Positions 10,494-19,377 of a DNA stretch of 64,000 nucleotides are shown here, piece by piece. The notes beneath the pieces were generated by a model, which saw only the letters and a list, made by a program, of their open reading frames with translations, had not been told where the DNA came from and did no database searches. The stretch's first letter is position 1. Every line of letters begins with the position of its first letter. The position numbers were made by a program, and so were the translations under genes. Origin of the DNA: Dehalococcoidia bacterium (GTDB lineage: Bacteria; Chloroflexota; Dehalococcoidia; Lucifugimonadales; Australimonadaceae); the NCBI GenBank assembly GCA_965248495.1, contig CBDFJL010000003.1, forward strand, positions 924,852-988,851, read 5' to 3'.

Positions 10494-11405
10494 TTAGTCG
10501 TCGTCCCCGGCGTCGCCGTCATCGGTGTCTTCGCCGTCGTCATCGTTGTTATCGCCTTGATCGTCGTCCGGTTCGGTACCGTCGTCATCGTCTTCGACCT
10601 CAGCTTCGCCTTCCTCCTCTTCGCCCTCAGCGTCGACCTTCAGCTTGAGCAGGTCCGTACTGTCAGGCGTGACCTTGGCCTTGACCTCCCGGTTCACGAA
10701 CGCTGGGAGGTCGCCAAAGAGGCCCACGACTCCTTCGGGAAGCCGCACCTTGGTGTCGGACTTGACCACGTAGTCCTGCTCTGTCCCGTCCCCTTCACGA
10801 ATGCGCACGCTGTTGGTCTCCGGGTCGACACTGACCAGGATGCCCTCCACCTTCAGCGTCCGGGGCTCGTCCTCATCTTCTTCGTCCTCAACCTCGATCT
10901 TGAGCGCCTCCCTCGTTGCAGGGTCGAACTTCACCTCGACTTCCTGGCCCACGACCAACGCATCAAAGGCCGAGCCATTCTCACCGTCGAGTTCGATCTT
11001 CGTCGCATCGGTGACCTGGAGCGGCTCGCCGTCATCCACAGTAAGCGTTCGCGCATCGGGGTCGACGCTGGTAATGATTCCTTCGACCTCGGCGGCATGA
11101 GCCGTGAGCGTCGAAACCCCATCGTCGTTGTCGACCGCGAGCGTCACCTCGTCCCCTGCACCCAACGCCAGGCTCCCCTCGCTATCCCCGGCTCCTTGGA
11201 GGTTCAGGTCCTGCAGGTTGATGGTCATCGTCTCGCCATTCTCTAGCGTGACCGTGACTTCCCCGGAGATGCTGTCGACGTTTTGCAGGATGCCCCTTAT
11301 GAGCTCCTCCTGGTCGGGGGTGCAGGCGAGCGCGCCCACCAGCGTCAATGAGACCAGCAGCGTCACTAGTCGGACTCGGGCTCGAATCAGTCGTAGGGGG
11401 TTCAT
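10494..11405 (-). CDS. Lipoprotein with repeated beta-rich (DUF5666-like) modules and a D/E-rich tail
   Basis: Signal and lipobox LVGALAC. The theme GxIxSVDxxxxTLTVxxGxxVxVTDATKI recurs. The C-terminus is EGEEEEGEAEVEDDDDGTEPDDDQGDNNDDDGEDTDDGDAGDDD. Confidence 0.7.
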   Translation of the reverse strand: MNPLRLIRARVRLVTLLVSLTLVGALACTPDQEELIRGILQNVDSISGEVTVTLENGETMTINLQDLNLQGAGDSEGSLALGAGDEVTLAVDNDDGVSTLTAHAAEVEGIITSVDPDARTLTVDDGEPLQVTDATKIELDGENGSAFDALVVGQEVEVKFDPATREALKIEVEDEEDEDEPRTLKVEGILVSVDPETNSVRIREGDGTEQDYVVKSDTKVRLPEGVVGLFGDLPAFVNREVKAKVTPDSTDLLKLKVDAEGEEEEGEAEVEDDDDGTEPDDDQGDNNDDDGEDTDDGDAGDDD

Positions 11406-11577
11406 CGTCGCTTTCTCCCATGCATGTGCACGCCCTCTCCGTGGGCGGCTGTGTCTGGTTTAACGACTGTGAGCCCCGATCCGTTACAGCAGATATGTGT
11501 CACTCTGAAACCTAGGAAGCTGTCTGACAGAGCCATTAGCCTGCGGTTGCCCGTGGTGCGTGCGGTCCACCGGGGGC

Positions 11578-11603
11578 GTAACGATCCACGCTCGCCGTAC
11601 GTT
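11578..11603 (+). promoter_or_regulatory. Candidate ECF-type promoter (GTAAC-N17-CGTT)
   Basis: gcGTAACgatccacgctcgccgtaCGTTaag lies about 20 nt upstream of the sigma factor start. It resembles the AAC-N16/17-CGT layout of autoregulated ECF promoters. Confidence 0.4.
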
Positions 11604-11622
11604 AAGCCTTGTGTGAGGAGAT

Positions 11623-12183
11623 TTGGAGCTGGAGACAGGAGACCAAGAATCGATATTGATCACGCGCGCTATGCGTGGCGATGGTACGGCTTTCACCCAG
11701 CTCTACGATCAATGCCTAGCGAGGGTCTACCGGCACATCGCGTACCGAGTCGCTTCGGCCGCGGACGTCGAGGACTTGACCCAGGAGGTCTTCCTCAGGG
11801 CGTGGCGCGCGATCGGAGGTTACAAGCTAGGTCGCAGCCCATTCCTAGCCTGGCTCTACACCATCGCGCACAACCTCGTCGTGGACTACTACCGCAAAAA
11901 AGGCAGGCAACGGGAAGCGCGACTCGAGGCAGCCGAAATGATCGGAGACATGACACAGACCGAAGGGTTAGAGAGCGTCGAACACCTGGACGCATTCCGC
12001 CTCTACCTCATCGACCTGCCGAATGACCAGCAGCAGGTCCTGATGCTTCGTTTCGTCGAGGGGCTGGACCACGCAACGGTAGCTGCGACACTCGGGAAGA
12101 GCGAGGGGGCCGTGCGAGTCATCCAGCTTCGTGCACTGCGTCGGCTCCGGACGCAGCTTGAAAAGAGCGCGAGGCGAGCATGA
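11623..12183 (+). CDS. ECF (sigma-70 family) RNA polymerase sigma factor
   Basis: Region 2 is LITRAMRGDGTAFTQLYDQCLARVYRHIAYRV...DLTQEVFLRAW. Region 4 is QQQVLMLRFVEGLDHATVAATLGKSEGAVRVIQLRALRRLR. The TTG start is uncertain because the SD spacing is very short. Confidence 0.85.
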   Translation: MELETGDQESILITRAMRGDGTAFTQLYDQCLARVYRHIAYRVASAADVEDLTQEVFLRAWRAIGGYKLGRSPFLAWLYTIAHNLVVDYYRKKGRQREARLEAAEMIGDMTQTEGLESVEHLDAFRLYLIDLPNDQQQVLMLRFVEGLDHATVAATLGKSEGAVRVIQLRALRRLRTQLEKSARRA

Positions 12184-13688
12184 CGCGCCTCGACGAAATA
12201 CTCGCGCACTGCCTGGAGGAGGTCCAGTCGGGACGAGCCTCCCTGGAGCAGGTGCTCGCGGAGCACCCGGCTCATCGCGACCAATTGGAGCCGCTCCTGC
12301 GGCTCGCGCTGCAGTTCCCCTCTCCGGCGGATGTCCAGCCATCACAGGAGTTTCGGGTAGGGGCTCGGCGTATGTTGCAGGCGGAGATCGCCCGAGGGCA
12401 AGGTCCTGCGCGCTTCCGCATCCTAGAGAGGATCTTCGGCATTCGGCCTCGCCTTGCAGCAAGAGGTGCCGTCGCGTTGTTGGCCGGTGTGCTGCTGCTG
12501 GGCGGCGGGAGTGGCGTGGCCTATGCGGCCCAAGGGAGCCTGCCGGGCGATGTGTTGTACCCGGTAAAGGCGGCCACGGAGCAGGGCAGGCTACTCGTCA
12601 CCCTTGGCTCTGCTGCCAAGGCGGAGTACCACCTCACCTTGGCACGCCGGAGGCTCGATGAAGTACTTGCGCTTGCCCAGGCGGAGCGCCCCATCGCGCC
12701 AGCGACCATCGCGGCTATAGCCGACCGTCTCGACGCCGCTTTGGCCGAAGTTCGGAAGCTCTCCGCAGCGGATGCCCAGCGGCTGCTCTTGGAGGCCTCG
12801 ACCGACATCGCCGAGGGCCAAGACTCTTTGGCGGAAGCTCAGGGGCGCTCCTCGCCAGGACAAGGACAGGACTCTCTTCGGCAGCTAGGACTGATCGTCG
12901 GACGAGGCCAAGTCATCATCGAGGCAGCGTCTCAGGACCCAACACGCCTGTCGGACCAGGTTGAGGTAGGCGCGGCAACAGCAGGTGAGATCAGCGGCCG
13001 CGTGACAAGCCTGGAGCCTCTGGTGATCGCCGGCGTGACCGTCGTTATCACTCCTGCCACTGAGAGGGATGGAATCATCGAACAAGGCGTGACTGCCGAA
13101 GTGAAAGGCGCCTTCCAAGACGATGGCACGCTGCGCGCCTTTCGCATCGAGGTCTCGGACGATGGGGATCGAGAACGCGTTAAGTTGCAGGGGGTCATCA
13201 CACAGACGACACCGCTGATCGTCGCCGGTCGCACCGTCGTGCTGTCGCAGCGAGCAGAGATTGAAGGCTCCCTCATACGCGGCCTCATCGTCAAGGTCGA
13301 GGGGAGGCTTCAGCACGACGGCTCGGTGTTGGCCGAGCGACTGAAGGTGGAGCAACTCAAAGAAGACACGGAGATCCGCGGGCCGATCCTGAGCCTTGAC
13401 CCCCTGACCGTCGGGGGCACGGAGATAGTGCTGGACTCCAACACGGAGATCGAGGGCCAGCTGCGCCTCGGGGCGGTCGCGCAGTTGGAGGGCCAGCTTC
13501 TCGAGGATGGCCGGGTGCTCGCCACGGAACTGCGGGTCGAAGAAGAGCAGGAGCTCGACGACACCGCCAGGTCAGGGCCAGTCGACCAGGCCGACGAGGA
13601 CGGCCCCGTCGACTCGAGCGACACCGGAAATCGCGACGGCGATACGGATGGAGAAGGGGGAAGGGGTGACGAAGGGGATGAGAGCTGA
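12180..13688 (+). CDS. Putative anti-sigma/ECF partner with DUF5667/DUF5666-like domains and an acidic tail
   Basis: ATGA overlap with the sigma gene. N-terminus is MTRLDEILAHCLEEVQSGRASLEQVLAEHPAHRDQLEPLL, followed by one TM segment (AVALLAGVLLLGGG). It has repeated beta modules like those of 10494..11405 and a D/E/G-rich C-terminus. Confidence 0.7.
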   Translation: MTRLDEILAHCLEEVQSGRASLEQVLAEHPAHRDQLEPLLRLALQFPSPADVQPSQEFRVGARRMLQAEIARGQGPARFRILERIFGIRPRLAARGAVALLAGVLLLGGGSGVAYAAQGSLPGDVLYPVKAATEQGRLLVTLGSAAKAEYHLTLARRRLDEVLALAQAERPIAPATIAAIADRLDAALAEVRKLSAADAQRLLLEASTDIAEGQDSLAEAQGRSSPGQGQDSLRQLGLIVGRGQVIIEAASQDPTRLSDQVEVGAATAGEISGRVTSLEPLVIAGVTVVITPATERDGIIEQGVTAEVKGAFQDDGTLRAFRIEVSDDGDRERVKLQGVITQTTPLIVAGRTVVLSQRAEIEGSLIRGLIVKVEGRLQHDGSVLAERLKVEQLKEDTEIRGPILSLDPLTVGGTEIVLDSNTEIEGQLRLGAVAQLEGQLLEDGRVLATELRVEEEQELDDTARSGPVDQADEDGPVDSSDTGNRDGDTDGEGGRGDEGDES

Positions 13689-13962
13689 GCGGTCGATTCC
13701 TTCAGCGCCTCGAGCCTGTCCTGTCGTACTCACGCCATCGTGGTGTTCGCGATACGGATCGGCTCTCCCCCCCTCCACCACGAACACGACAGCGGCCCGT
13801 CAGCGGTGTGCTAGAGGGCTGTTGCCCCTTGAGCACACTGGCGAAGTGTGCGAACAGGAAGATCTTGGAGCTGGTGGGTGGTACGCAGAACCCAGGTAGT
13901 CTGATTTGCGCTTCGGCACCAATCGCACTGCGTCCCGAGGAACACCACGAGCGACCCCGACG

Positions 13963-14937
13963 CTACATTGTGATGACTAGCTTTCCGGGAACGTGTCCCA
14001 GCTCGAGCTGCCTGACCGCGTCCGGTGCATCTTCGAGACTGTAGCGCTCATGTATCACAGGCTTTACGGCACCGGTGCTGAGAAGCTGGCTCATGGACTC
14101 AAGGTCTTCGGCCGTTACCTTGACCGTACCCATGAGACCGAGGCGCCTGCCGTGCCGCCTGGACATCGCTGGGCCCAGAATCGCGCCTTGAAGCAGGAGC
14201 CCGAAAGAAGAAAACCCGACGATCACGCAGGCCCCGTGTGCACTGAGCGCTCGCTTCAGATCGCGAACCGATCGATTCCCGACCGCATCGATGATCAGAT
14301 CGTAGCCTGCCCCCGTGCGGGTGAACTCTTCTTGTGTGTAGTCGATCACATGGCCCGCGCCGATCGAGCGCACCATCTCGATGTTCTTGGTGCTGCACAC
14401 GCCGGTGACTTCGGCACCAAGATGCTTTGCGATCTGAACGGCGAACGTGCCTACTCCGCCCGATGCACCGTTCACCAACACAGTCTGCCCCGGCCGGATT
14501 TCCCCACGCTTGCGCAGAGCTTGTAGTGCGGTGACCGCTGCGGTCGGAACTGCGGCTGCTTGGTCGTGGCCCATGTTGGCCGGCTTTTGAGCGATGCCTT
14601 CCTCACCGGTGCAGACATACTCTGCGAATCCACCCAGTCGGCCACCGAAGAGGCTCCCGAAGACCTCGTCGCCTGCCTGAAAGTTCTTGACGTCGTTCCC
14701 GACAGCCTCCACACGCCCCGAGATGTCCGCGCCAAGGACCTTGGCCTTCGGCCTAAACAACCCGAGTGTTAGGCGTGCAAAACGCGGCTCTCCTCGGAGG
14801 AAGTGCCAGTCAAGAGGGTTTACGGACGCAGCCTCGATCTTCACCAAAACTTCGTCGTCTCTTGGTGTCGGCTTCTGAATCTCTTCGACGTGTAGTACGG
14901 CGGGCGAGCCGTATTTGTGACGCATGAGCGCTTTCAC
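13963..14937 (-). CDS. Zinc-type alcohol dehydrogenase/quinone oxidoreductase (MDR family)
   Basis: EVLVKIEAASVNPLDWHFLRGEP...VLVNGASGGVGTFAVQIAKHLGAEVTGV matches the family. I placed the start at GTG 14937 (MKALMRHKYG), 6 nt after AAGGAG. The track's TTG at 14961 and an ATG at 14925 are alternatives. Confidence 0.85.
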   Translation of the reverse strand: MKALMRHKYGSPAVLHVEEIQKPTPRDDEVLVKIEAASVNPLDWHFLRGEPRFARLTLGLFRPKAKVLGADISGRVEAVGNDVKNFQAGDEVFGSLFGGRLGGFAEYVCTGEEGIAQKPANMGHDQAAAVPTAAVTALQALRKRGEIRPGQTVLVNGASGGVGTFAVQIAKHLGAEVTGVCSTKNIEMVRSIGAGHVIDYTQEEFTRTGAGYDLIIDAVGNRSVRDLKRALSAHGACVIVGFSSFGLLLQGAILGPAMSRRHGRRLGLMGTVKVTAEDLESMSQLLSTGAVKPVIHERYSLEDAPDAVRQLELGHVPGKLVITM

Positions 14938-14998
14938 AGGCTTCTCCTTGGTTGCGCCCAATCAGTCATCAATCTTATTCGGCTGGGAACTCAATCGA

Positions 14999-15015
14999 CT
15001 TGAATTTGATTCAAG
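14999..15015. promoter_or_regulatory. AT-rich perfect palindrome CTTGAAT-TTG-ATTCAAG upstream of the ADH gene
   Basis: A 7-bp inverted repeat with a 3-nt spacer, set in an unusually AT-rich intergenic stretch about 60 nt upstream of the gene start. Confidence 0.35.
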
Positions 15016-15237
15016 TGTAACTGTTGCCCCTGATGCGCCAAACGACGGCGACAACGACGCTCTACCAAGACTGTTCGCCGTGCCGTGCGTTGGACGAGGA
15101 GTTCAACACTCGTGAAGCCAGCTCCATGCCCATACTGCTTCTCTAAACCCGACCCCTCCCCTTGAAGCTCAGCAACTCACCGTAGCGCGACGCCTCGGAT
15201 CTGGCGCCCGCCGATATGGAGCGCTATCGGCTTCCAC

Positions 15238-15975
15238 CTACCGGTGCCGCGGAGACGGCTGGGTGGTCGGGCGGCGATCGCTAGTGAGCACCGCCGGGGG
15301 AGTTGGGAGATCGGGGAATCCAGGCGGGAGAGGTGGTTGACCGCTGGACTCGTCTTCCCCACGGGCATGATCCTCGTTGCTCTCATCATCTGAGTCCGAT
15401 CGCGGCGCGCCCGACTCGTCATCCCCGGTGCCCCCAACGTCACGCTCTCCCCGTTCGTCGTCCTCTTCGTCCTCCTCTCCCTCATCATCATCCTCTGAGT
15501 CGCGCCGCGCCGTGCCGCCGATGATCTCAATGATGGCCGTCTTCTCCTCCTCGATCGCGCCACCGCCCTCTTGATCGAAGGCCGTCACCCGAACGGTCAG
15601 AACCACGGAGCCCACCGCCAGCGCCTCGAAGCGCCATTCAGCTGTTTTCGTCCGTCGGTTGTTAACCGAGCCGAGATGCTTGTCGGCCGGACCACGGAGC
15701 TGGACGAGGCTCGGATCGAACGTCACGGCCGCCACTACCTGTTGGAGGTTTTGCGACGAGATGTTGCGGACCTCCGCGGTGAGCGTGAAACGCTCGCCCA
15801 CGGTCACGGTCGTCGGTTGGGTGTCGAGGCTCACGATCATCGGAAAGACGCGCACCGTCGCTTGCACCGTACCGGTGCCGGTGCCGTGATCTGCCGACGC
15901 GGATGCGAGCGGCACGAGCGCTGCCACCAGCGCCATAGCGCCGATACCAAGCAGCCGTATGGGCCGCGCCCGCAA
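15238..15975 (-). CDS. Secreted hypothetical protein with an acidic low-complexity tail
   Basis: Signal peptide LLGIGAMALVAALVPLASASA, an approximately 130-aa beta-rich domain, then DSEDDDEGEEDEEDDERGERD...DDESNEDHARGEDESS. It is the last gene of a three-gene minus-strand cluster. TTG start. Confidence 0.6.
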   Translation of the reverse strand: MRARPIRLLGIGAMALVAALVPLASASADHGTGTGTVQATVRVFPMIVSLDTQPTTVTVGERFTLTAEVRNISSQNLQQVVAAVTFDPSLVQLRGPADKHLGSVNNRRTKTAEWRFEALAVGSVVLTVRVTAFDQEGGGAIEEEKTAIIEIIGGTARRDSEDDDEGEEDEEDDERGERDVGGTGDDESGAPRSDSDDESNEDHARGEDESSGQPPLPPGFPDLPTPPAVLTSDRRPTTQPSPRHR

Positions 15976-15978
15976 CCG

Positions 15979-16601
15979 CTACTCCCGCTCGCCGCGTTCC
16001 AGGCGGAAGCGAAGACGAACCCGGCCCACTCGGAAGAGCAGGAACGCCGCCAGCGCAGCCGCCAGCAGCCCGATGCCGATATAGGAGAACGGGCTAGTGT
16101 CCTGGAAACGGTGATAAACCCACAACGCCGAGGCGTTGAAGACGTTGGACTGCTCCACGGTGAAGCTGAGCTTCGTGGCTGCCGCGATGCCGACGCTGGC
16201 CCCACCCCCTCTTCCGTCTCGCGCACCGGGAACGCCTCGACAAAGGCGAAGTAGTCTCCAGGGCGCGCCGTCAGTGGCAGCTGGATGCTGACGATGACGC
16301 TCTGCGCCTCGTCCGGCTCTAGGACGAACAGGTCCGGGCTGAAGCGGAACCAGTCCTCGGCCGGCTCCATCTCCGGCTGTCCACTCAGGTAGGTGATGCG
16401 CAGGCTGTAGGTGCCGGGGTCGTGCCCGGTGTTGATGACGCCGATCGATGGCAGGCGATAGGTGCCGCCGGGCGCGATGGGCTCGTCGACCTCGATGCTG
16501 CCGACGTTCACGCCGACACCCTCTTGTGCGAGCGCCGCTCCGGTGATCGCGCCGAGCGCTCCTAGCGCCACGACGAGGGTCATGAAGATTCTCAGTCGCA
16601 T
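15979..16601 (-). pseudogene. Surface/membrane-anchored protein interrupted by a frameshift in a G5 run (C5 on plus strand, 16205-16209)
   Basis: Frame A reads MRLRIFMTLVVALGALGA...GDYFAFVEAFPVRETEEG and then degenerates. The -1 frame continues GGGASVGIAAATKLSFTVEQSNVFNASALWVYHRFQDTSPFSYIGIGLLAAALAAFLLFRVGRVRLRFRLERGERE*, a TM anchor with a basic tail, stopping at 15979-15981. AAGGAG RBS. Confidence 0.6.
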
Positions 16602-16613
16602 CTGCCTACTCCT

Positions 16614-17159
16614 TTACGGGGCCACCGCGACGATGGTCACCGACGCGCCGTGTTCGGCGACGGACGTCGAGTCCGTCGGCATGCTCAAGCGGAAAAAGAC
16701 ATCCTGAGTGCCACTCGTTGCCACGCCGGCCGTCAGCGGGAAAAGGACGTCCGGCGCCGTGAACGCGGTCCAAGATGTGCCGTTGGTGGAGAACTCCCAG
16801 AGCACCTGGTCGGTGTCGCTGGTGGCGCCGAGGAGCCATGTGTCCGTACCGCTGAAGACGCTCGACTTGATGAAGAGGTCCGCGGGGCCCGTGTCCACCT
16901 GCACGGTCTGCACGTCGTTGACACCCGTAGCGGTCGTATCGACGGTGATGCCGAACTCCTGAGAGCCAAAGGGCGTGGTCCCGTCGGTGGTAATGGAGAT
17001 GGCGACCACCGGCGAGCCGGCGGAGATGTCCAGCCAGTAGCGGCCTCCGGTGCCAGTCGGTGGGTTGCCCGTCGTCTGGCAGCCGGCCGCGGCACCCTTG
17101 GCGAAGGAGCACTGCCTCGAAGGCGGCCTTCGGCCTGATGCTGACGACAGCCCTCGCAT
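16614..17159 (-). CDS. Hypothetical secreted-type beta-rich protein; N-terminus uncertain or truncated
   Basis: Contains ...YWLDISAGSPVVAISITTDGTTPFGSQEFGITVDTTATGVNDVQTVQVDTGPADLFIKSS...TWLLGATSDTDQVLWEFSTNGTSW. No signal peptide is present and its 5' region abuts the recombinase remnant. Confidence 0.5.
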   Translation of the reverse strand: MRGLSSASGRRPPSRQCSFAKGAAAGCQTTGNPPTGTGGRYWLDISAGSPVVAISITTDGTTPFGSQEFGITVDTTATGVNDVQTVQVDTGPADLFIKSSVFSGTDTWLLGATSDTDQVLWEFSTNGTSWTAFTAPDVLFPLTAGVATSGTQDVFFRLSMPTDSTSVAEHGASVTIVAVAP

Positions 17160-17390
17160 CCAGCACCGCTAACAGCAGGCGCATTCGCTCGCCAACGTCC
17201 GCCTCCGCCCAGAGCGCAGGCAGGTCCCGCACGAAGCGCGCGACCTCGGCGACCGCATCAGCCCCAGGCCCAACCAGCGAGGCCAGGTCGAACCCCAGCT
17301 GGGCCTTGCGCGAGCGGAGGAGGCAAGGGGCCTGACTGAGGTCTTTCGTCGCCTGAGTGACAGTAGGCAGTCGCGCAATCGTCATCGGTC
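17105..17390 (-). mobile_element. C-terminal remnant of a large serine recombinase (pseudogene fragment)
   Basis: Within the frame of ORF 16606..17685: ...DLASLVGPGADAVAEVARFVRDLPALWAEADVGERMRLLLAVLDARAVVSIRPKAAFEAVL. This matches the typical recombinase tail pattern LxxLWeeAtxeErrxLLxxlldxVyv....aIxPKpaFxxlf. No catalytic N-terminal domain is present. Confidence 0.55.
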
Positions 17391-17399
17391 GACTACGCT

Positions 17400-17640
17400 T
17401 GGCGGCCACGCTGGCCGAAGACGTGCGACGTCCGTTTGTCCTGAGCCCGTCGAAGGATCCCCCGCGAGGATGCCGGGAGTGAGACGGAATGGCACACAAT
17501 GGCACACCAAACGCGCTCTCGACTGGCACAGGTGTCGGGGCGAAATGACGCGGAATGACACAACGTGACAGCGGATTCTCTCTCCCTGGCAGGGAGAGGG
17601 CTGGGGTGAGGGCTTTCGACCCTGTTCGGCGACGGCGTTC
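17400..17640 (+). repeat. REP-like intergenic elements
   Basis: Core tgtCCTGAGCccGTCGAAGGatcc at 17440-17456. The hairpin motif ctctccctggcagggagagggctggggtgaggg is also present. The stretch is non-coding. Confidence 0.55.
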
Positions 17641-17694
17641 CGCGTGGTAACGGCGTTCCTGCCGCTCTCCGACGGCTGCTATCATTCACCCGTC

Positions 17695-19368
17695 ATGCTG
17701 GTCCGCGATCGCATCGCAGAGCGCGTCGGCGCCGCCATCGAAGCTGCCCAACGGGACGGCATCCTGCCCTCGGCAGCCGTCACTGGGCCCCTCGTCGAGC
17801 GGCCGTCGAACGCCGAGCACGGCGACTTCGCAAGCTCCGTCCCGCTCCGGCTGGCACGGGCCGCGCGCATGTCGCCGTTGGAGATCGCCGAGCGCCTCGT
17901 GCCCCTGGTAGGCGGCGACGAGGCCATCGACCACGTGTGGGCCGCTCCGCCAGGGTTCATCAACTTCAAGCTCAGCGATGACTGGGTACGCGCGCAGGTC
18001 CAGACGGTCCGGTCGGCGGGCGCGTTGTACGGGAACCTCGATGTGGGGCAGGCCCGGCGCGTGCAGGTCGAGTTCGTCAGCGCCAACCCGACCGGACCGC
18101 TGCACGTGGGAACGGCGAGGGGCGCCGTGCTGGGCAGCAGCTTGGCGAACGTCCTCGAAGCCGCTGGATACGAGGTCAACCGCGAGTACTACGTCAACGA
18201 CGCGGGCCTCCAGATGCGCCTCTTCTACGATTCGGCCTTCGCCCGGTATGCCCAGGCTCTCGGCCACACAGGCGAGGTGGTGCCAGACGGCGGCTACCAG
18301 GGCGACTACCTCGTGGACCTGGGCGTTGAGCTGGCGCGCGAGTTCGGCGATCGCTACATGAGCGGTGACCGCGAGGCCGCGACCCACGAGATCGGCGAGG
18401 TGGGGCTCCAGCGGATGCTGGCCAATATCCGCGCGGACCTCGAGCTCATAGGCGTTCGCTTCGACACCTGGTTCAGCGAGCGGGACCTGTTCGCCAACAA
18501 GCAGTACGACACCGCGATGGACCTCCTTCGCGAGCGGGGGTACACGGCCGAGCGGGACGGTGCGCTGTGGTTCATGTCGACGGCGCTGGGCGAGGACAAG
18601 GACAACGTCCTCGTGCGTGGGACCGGACAGCCGACCTACTTCGCCTCGGACATTGCCTACCACCACGACAAGTTCGTCGGACGGGGCTTCGACCGCGTCA
18701 TCGACATCTGGGGCGCCGATCATCAGGGCCACGTTCCCCGCATGAAGATCGTCATGGAGGCCCTGGGCATCGAGCCCGAGCGCCTCACCATCCTGATCTC
18801 GCAGCTGGTGACGCTCAAGCGTGGCGACGAGACGGTCCGCGCCTCCAAGCGCACGGGCCAGCTGGTCTCCATCCGTGAGCTGGTCGATGAGGTGGGGCCG
18901 GACGCCTGCCGTTACTTCTTCCTGGCCCGCGCCGCCGATAGCCAGATGGAGTTCGACATGGAGCTCGCCAAGCGTGAGTCGCCCGACAACCCCGTCTACT
19001 ACGTGCAGTACGCCCACGCGCGCATCGCAGGCATTCTCCGCCAGGCCCAGGAGCGCAGCCTGAGCTGGGACGACGGTGACGTATCGCTGCTGAGGCACGA
19101 GGCGGAGCTGGCGCTGGTCCGCAAGATGGTCCAGCTGCCCGAGCTCATCGACTCCATCGCCACGACCCTCGCACCGCACGCGCTCCCGCACTACGCGACG
19201 GAGCTGGCCACCGCGTTCCACCTGTTCTACGACAACTGCCGCGTGCTGTCGCAGGACGATGCCGACCTCCCGCTGTCCAAAGCGCGGCTCAAGCTGGCCG
19301 AGGCCAGCAAGATCGCGCTGGCACGGTGCCTGGGCCTGATGGGGATGACGACGCCCGAGTCGATGTAA
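17695..19368 (+). CDS. argS: Arginine--tRNA ligase
   Basis: The class I HIGH-type motif reads SANPTGPLHVGTARGAVLG. DALR anticodon-binding features lie near the C-terminus. ATG at 17695 (MLVRDRIAERV). Confidence 0.95.
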   Translation: MLVRDRIAERVGAAIEAAQRDGILPSAAVTGPLVERPSNAEHGDFASSVPLRLARAARMSPLEIAERLVPLVGGDEAIDHVWAAPPGFINFKLSDDWVRAQVQTVRSAGALYGNLDVGQARRVQVEFVSANPTGPLHVGTARGAVLGSSLANVLEAAGYEVNREYYVNDAGLQMRLFYDSAFARYAQALGHTGEVVPDGGYQGDYLVDLGVELAREFGDRYMSGDREAATHEIGEVGLQRMLANIRADLELIGVRFDTWFSERDLFANKQYDTAMDLLRERGYTAERDGALWFMSTALGEDKDNVLVRGTGQPTYFASDIAYHHDKFVGRGFDRVIDIWGADHQGHVPRMKIVMEALGIEPERLTILISQLVTLKRGDETVRASKRTGQLVSIRELVDEVGPDACRYFFLARAADSQMEFDMELAKRESPDNPVYYVQYAHARIAGILRQAQERSLSWDDGDVSLLRHEAELALVRKMVQLPELIDSIATTLAPHALPHYATELATAFHLFYDNCRVLSQDDADLPLSKARLKLAEASKIALARCLGLMGMTTPESM

Positions 19369-19377
19369 ACCACTAAT

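Noticed and set aside
12180-13688. Anti-sigma-like protein as a zinc-binding (ZAS, HxxxCxxC) anti-sigma factor
   Set aside because: The N-terminus has only HCLEE, with no HxxxCxxC motif. I call it only a putative ECF partner based on position, the TM segment and DUF5667-like N-terminal wording.
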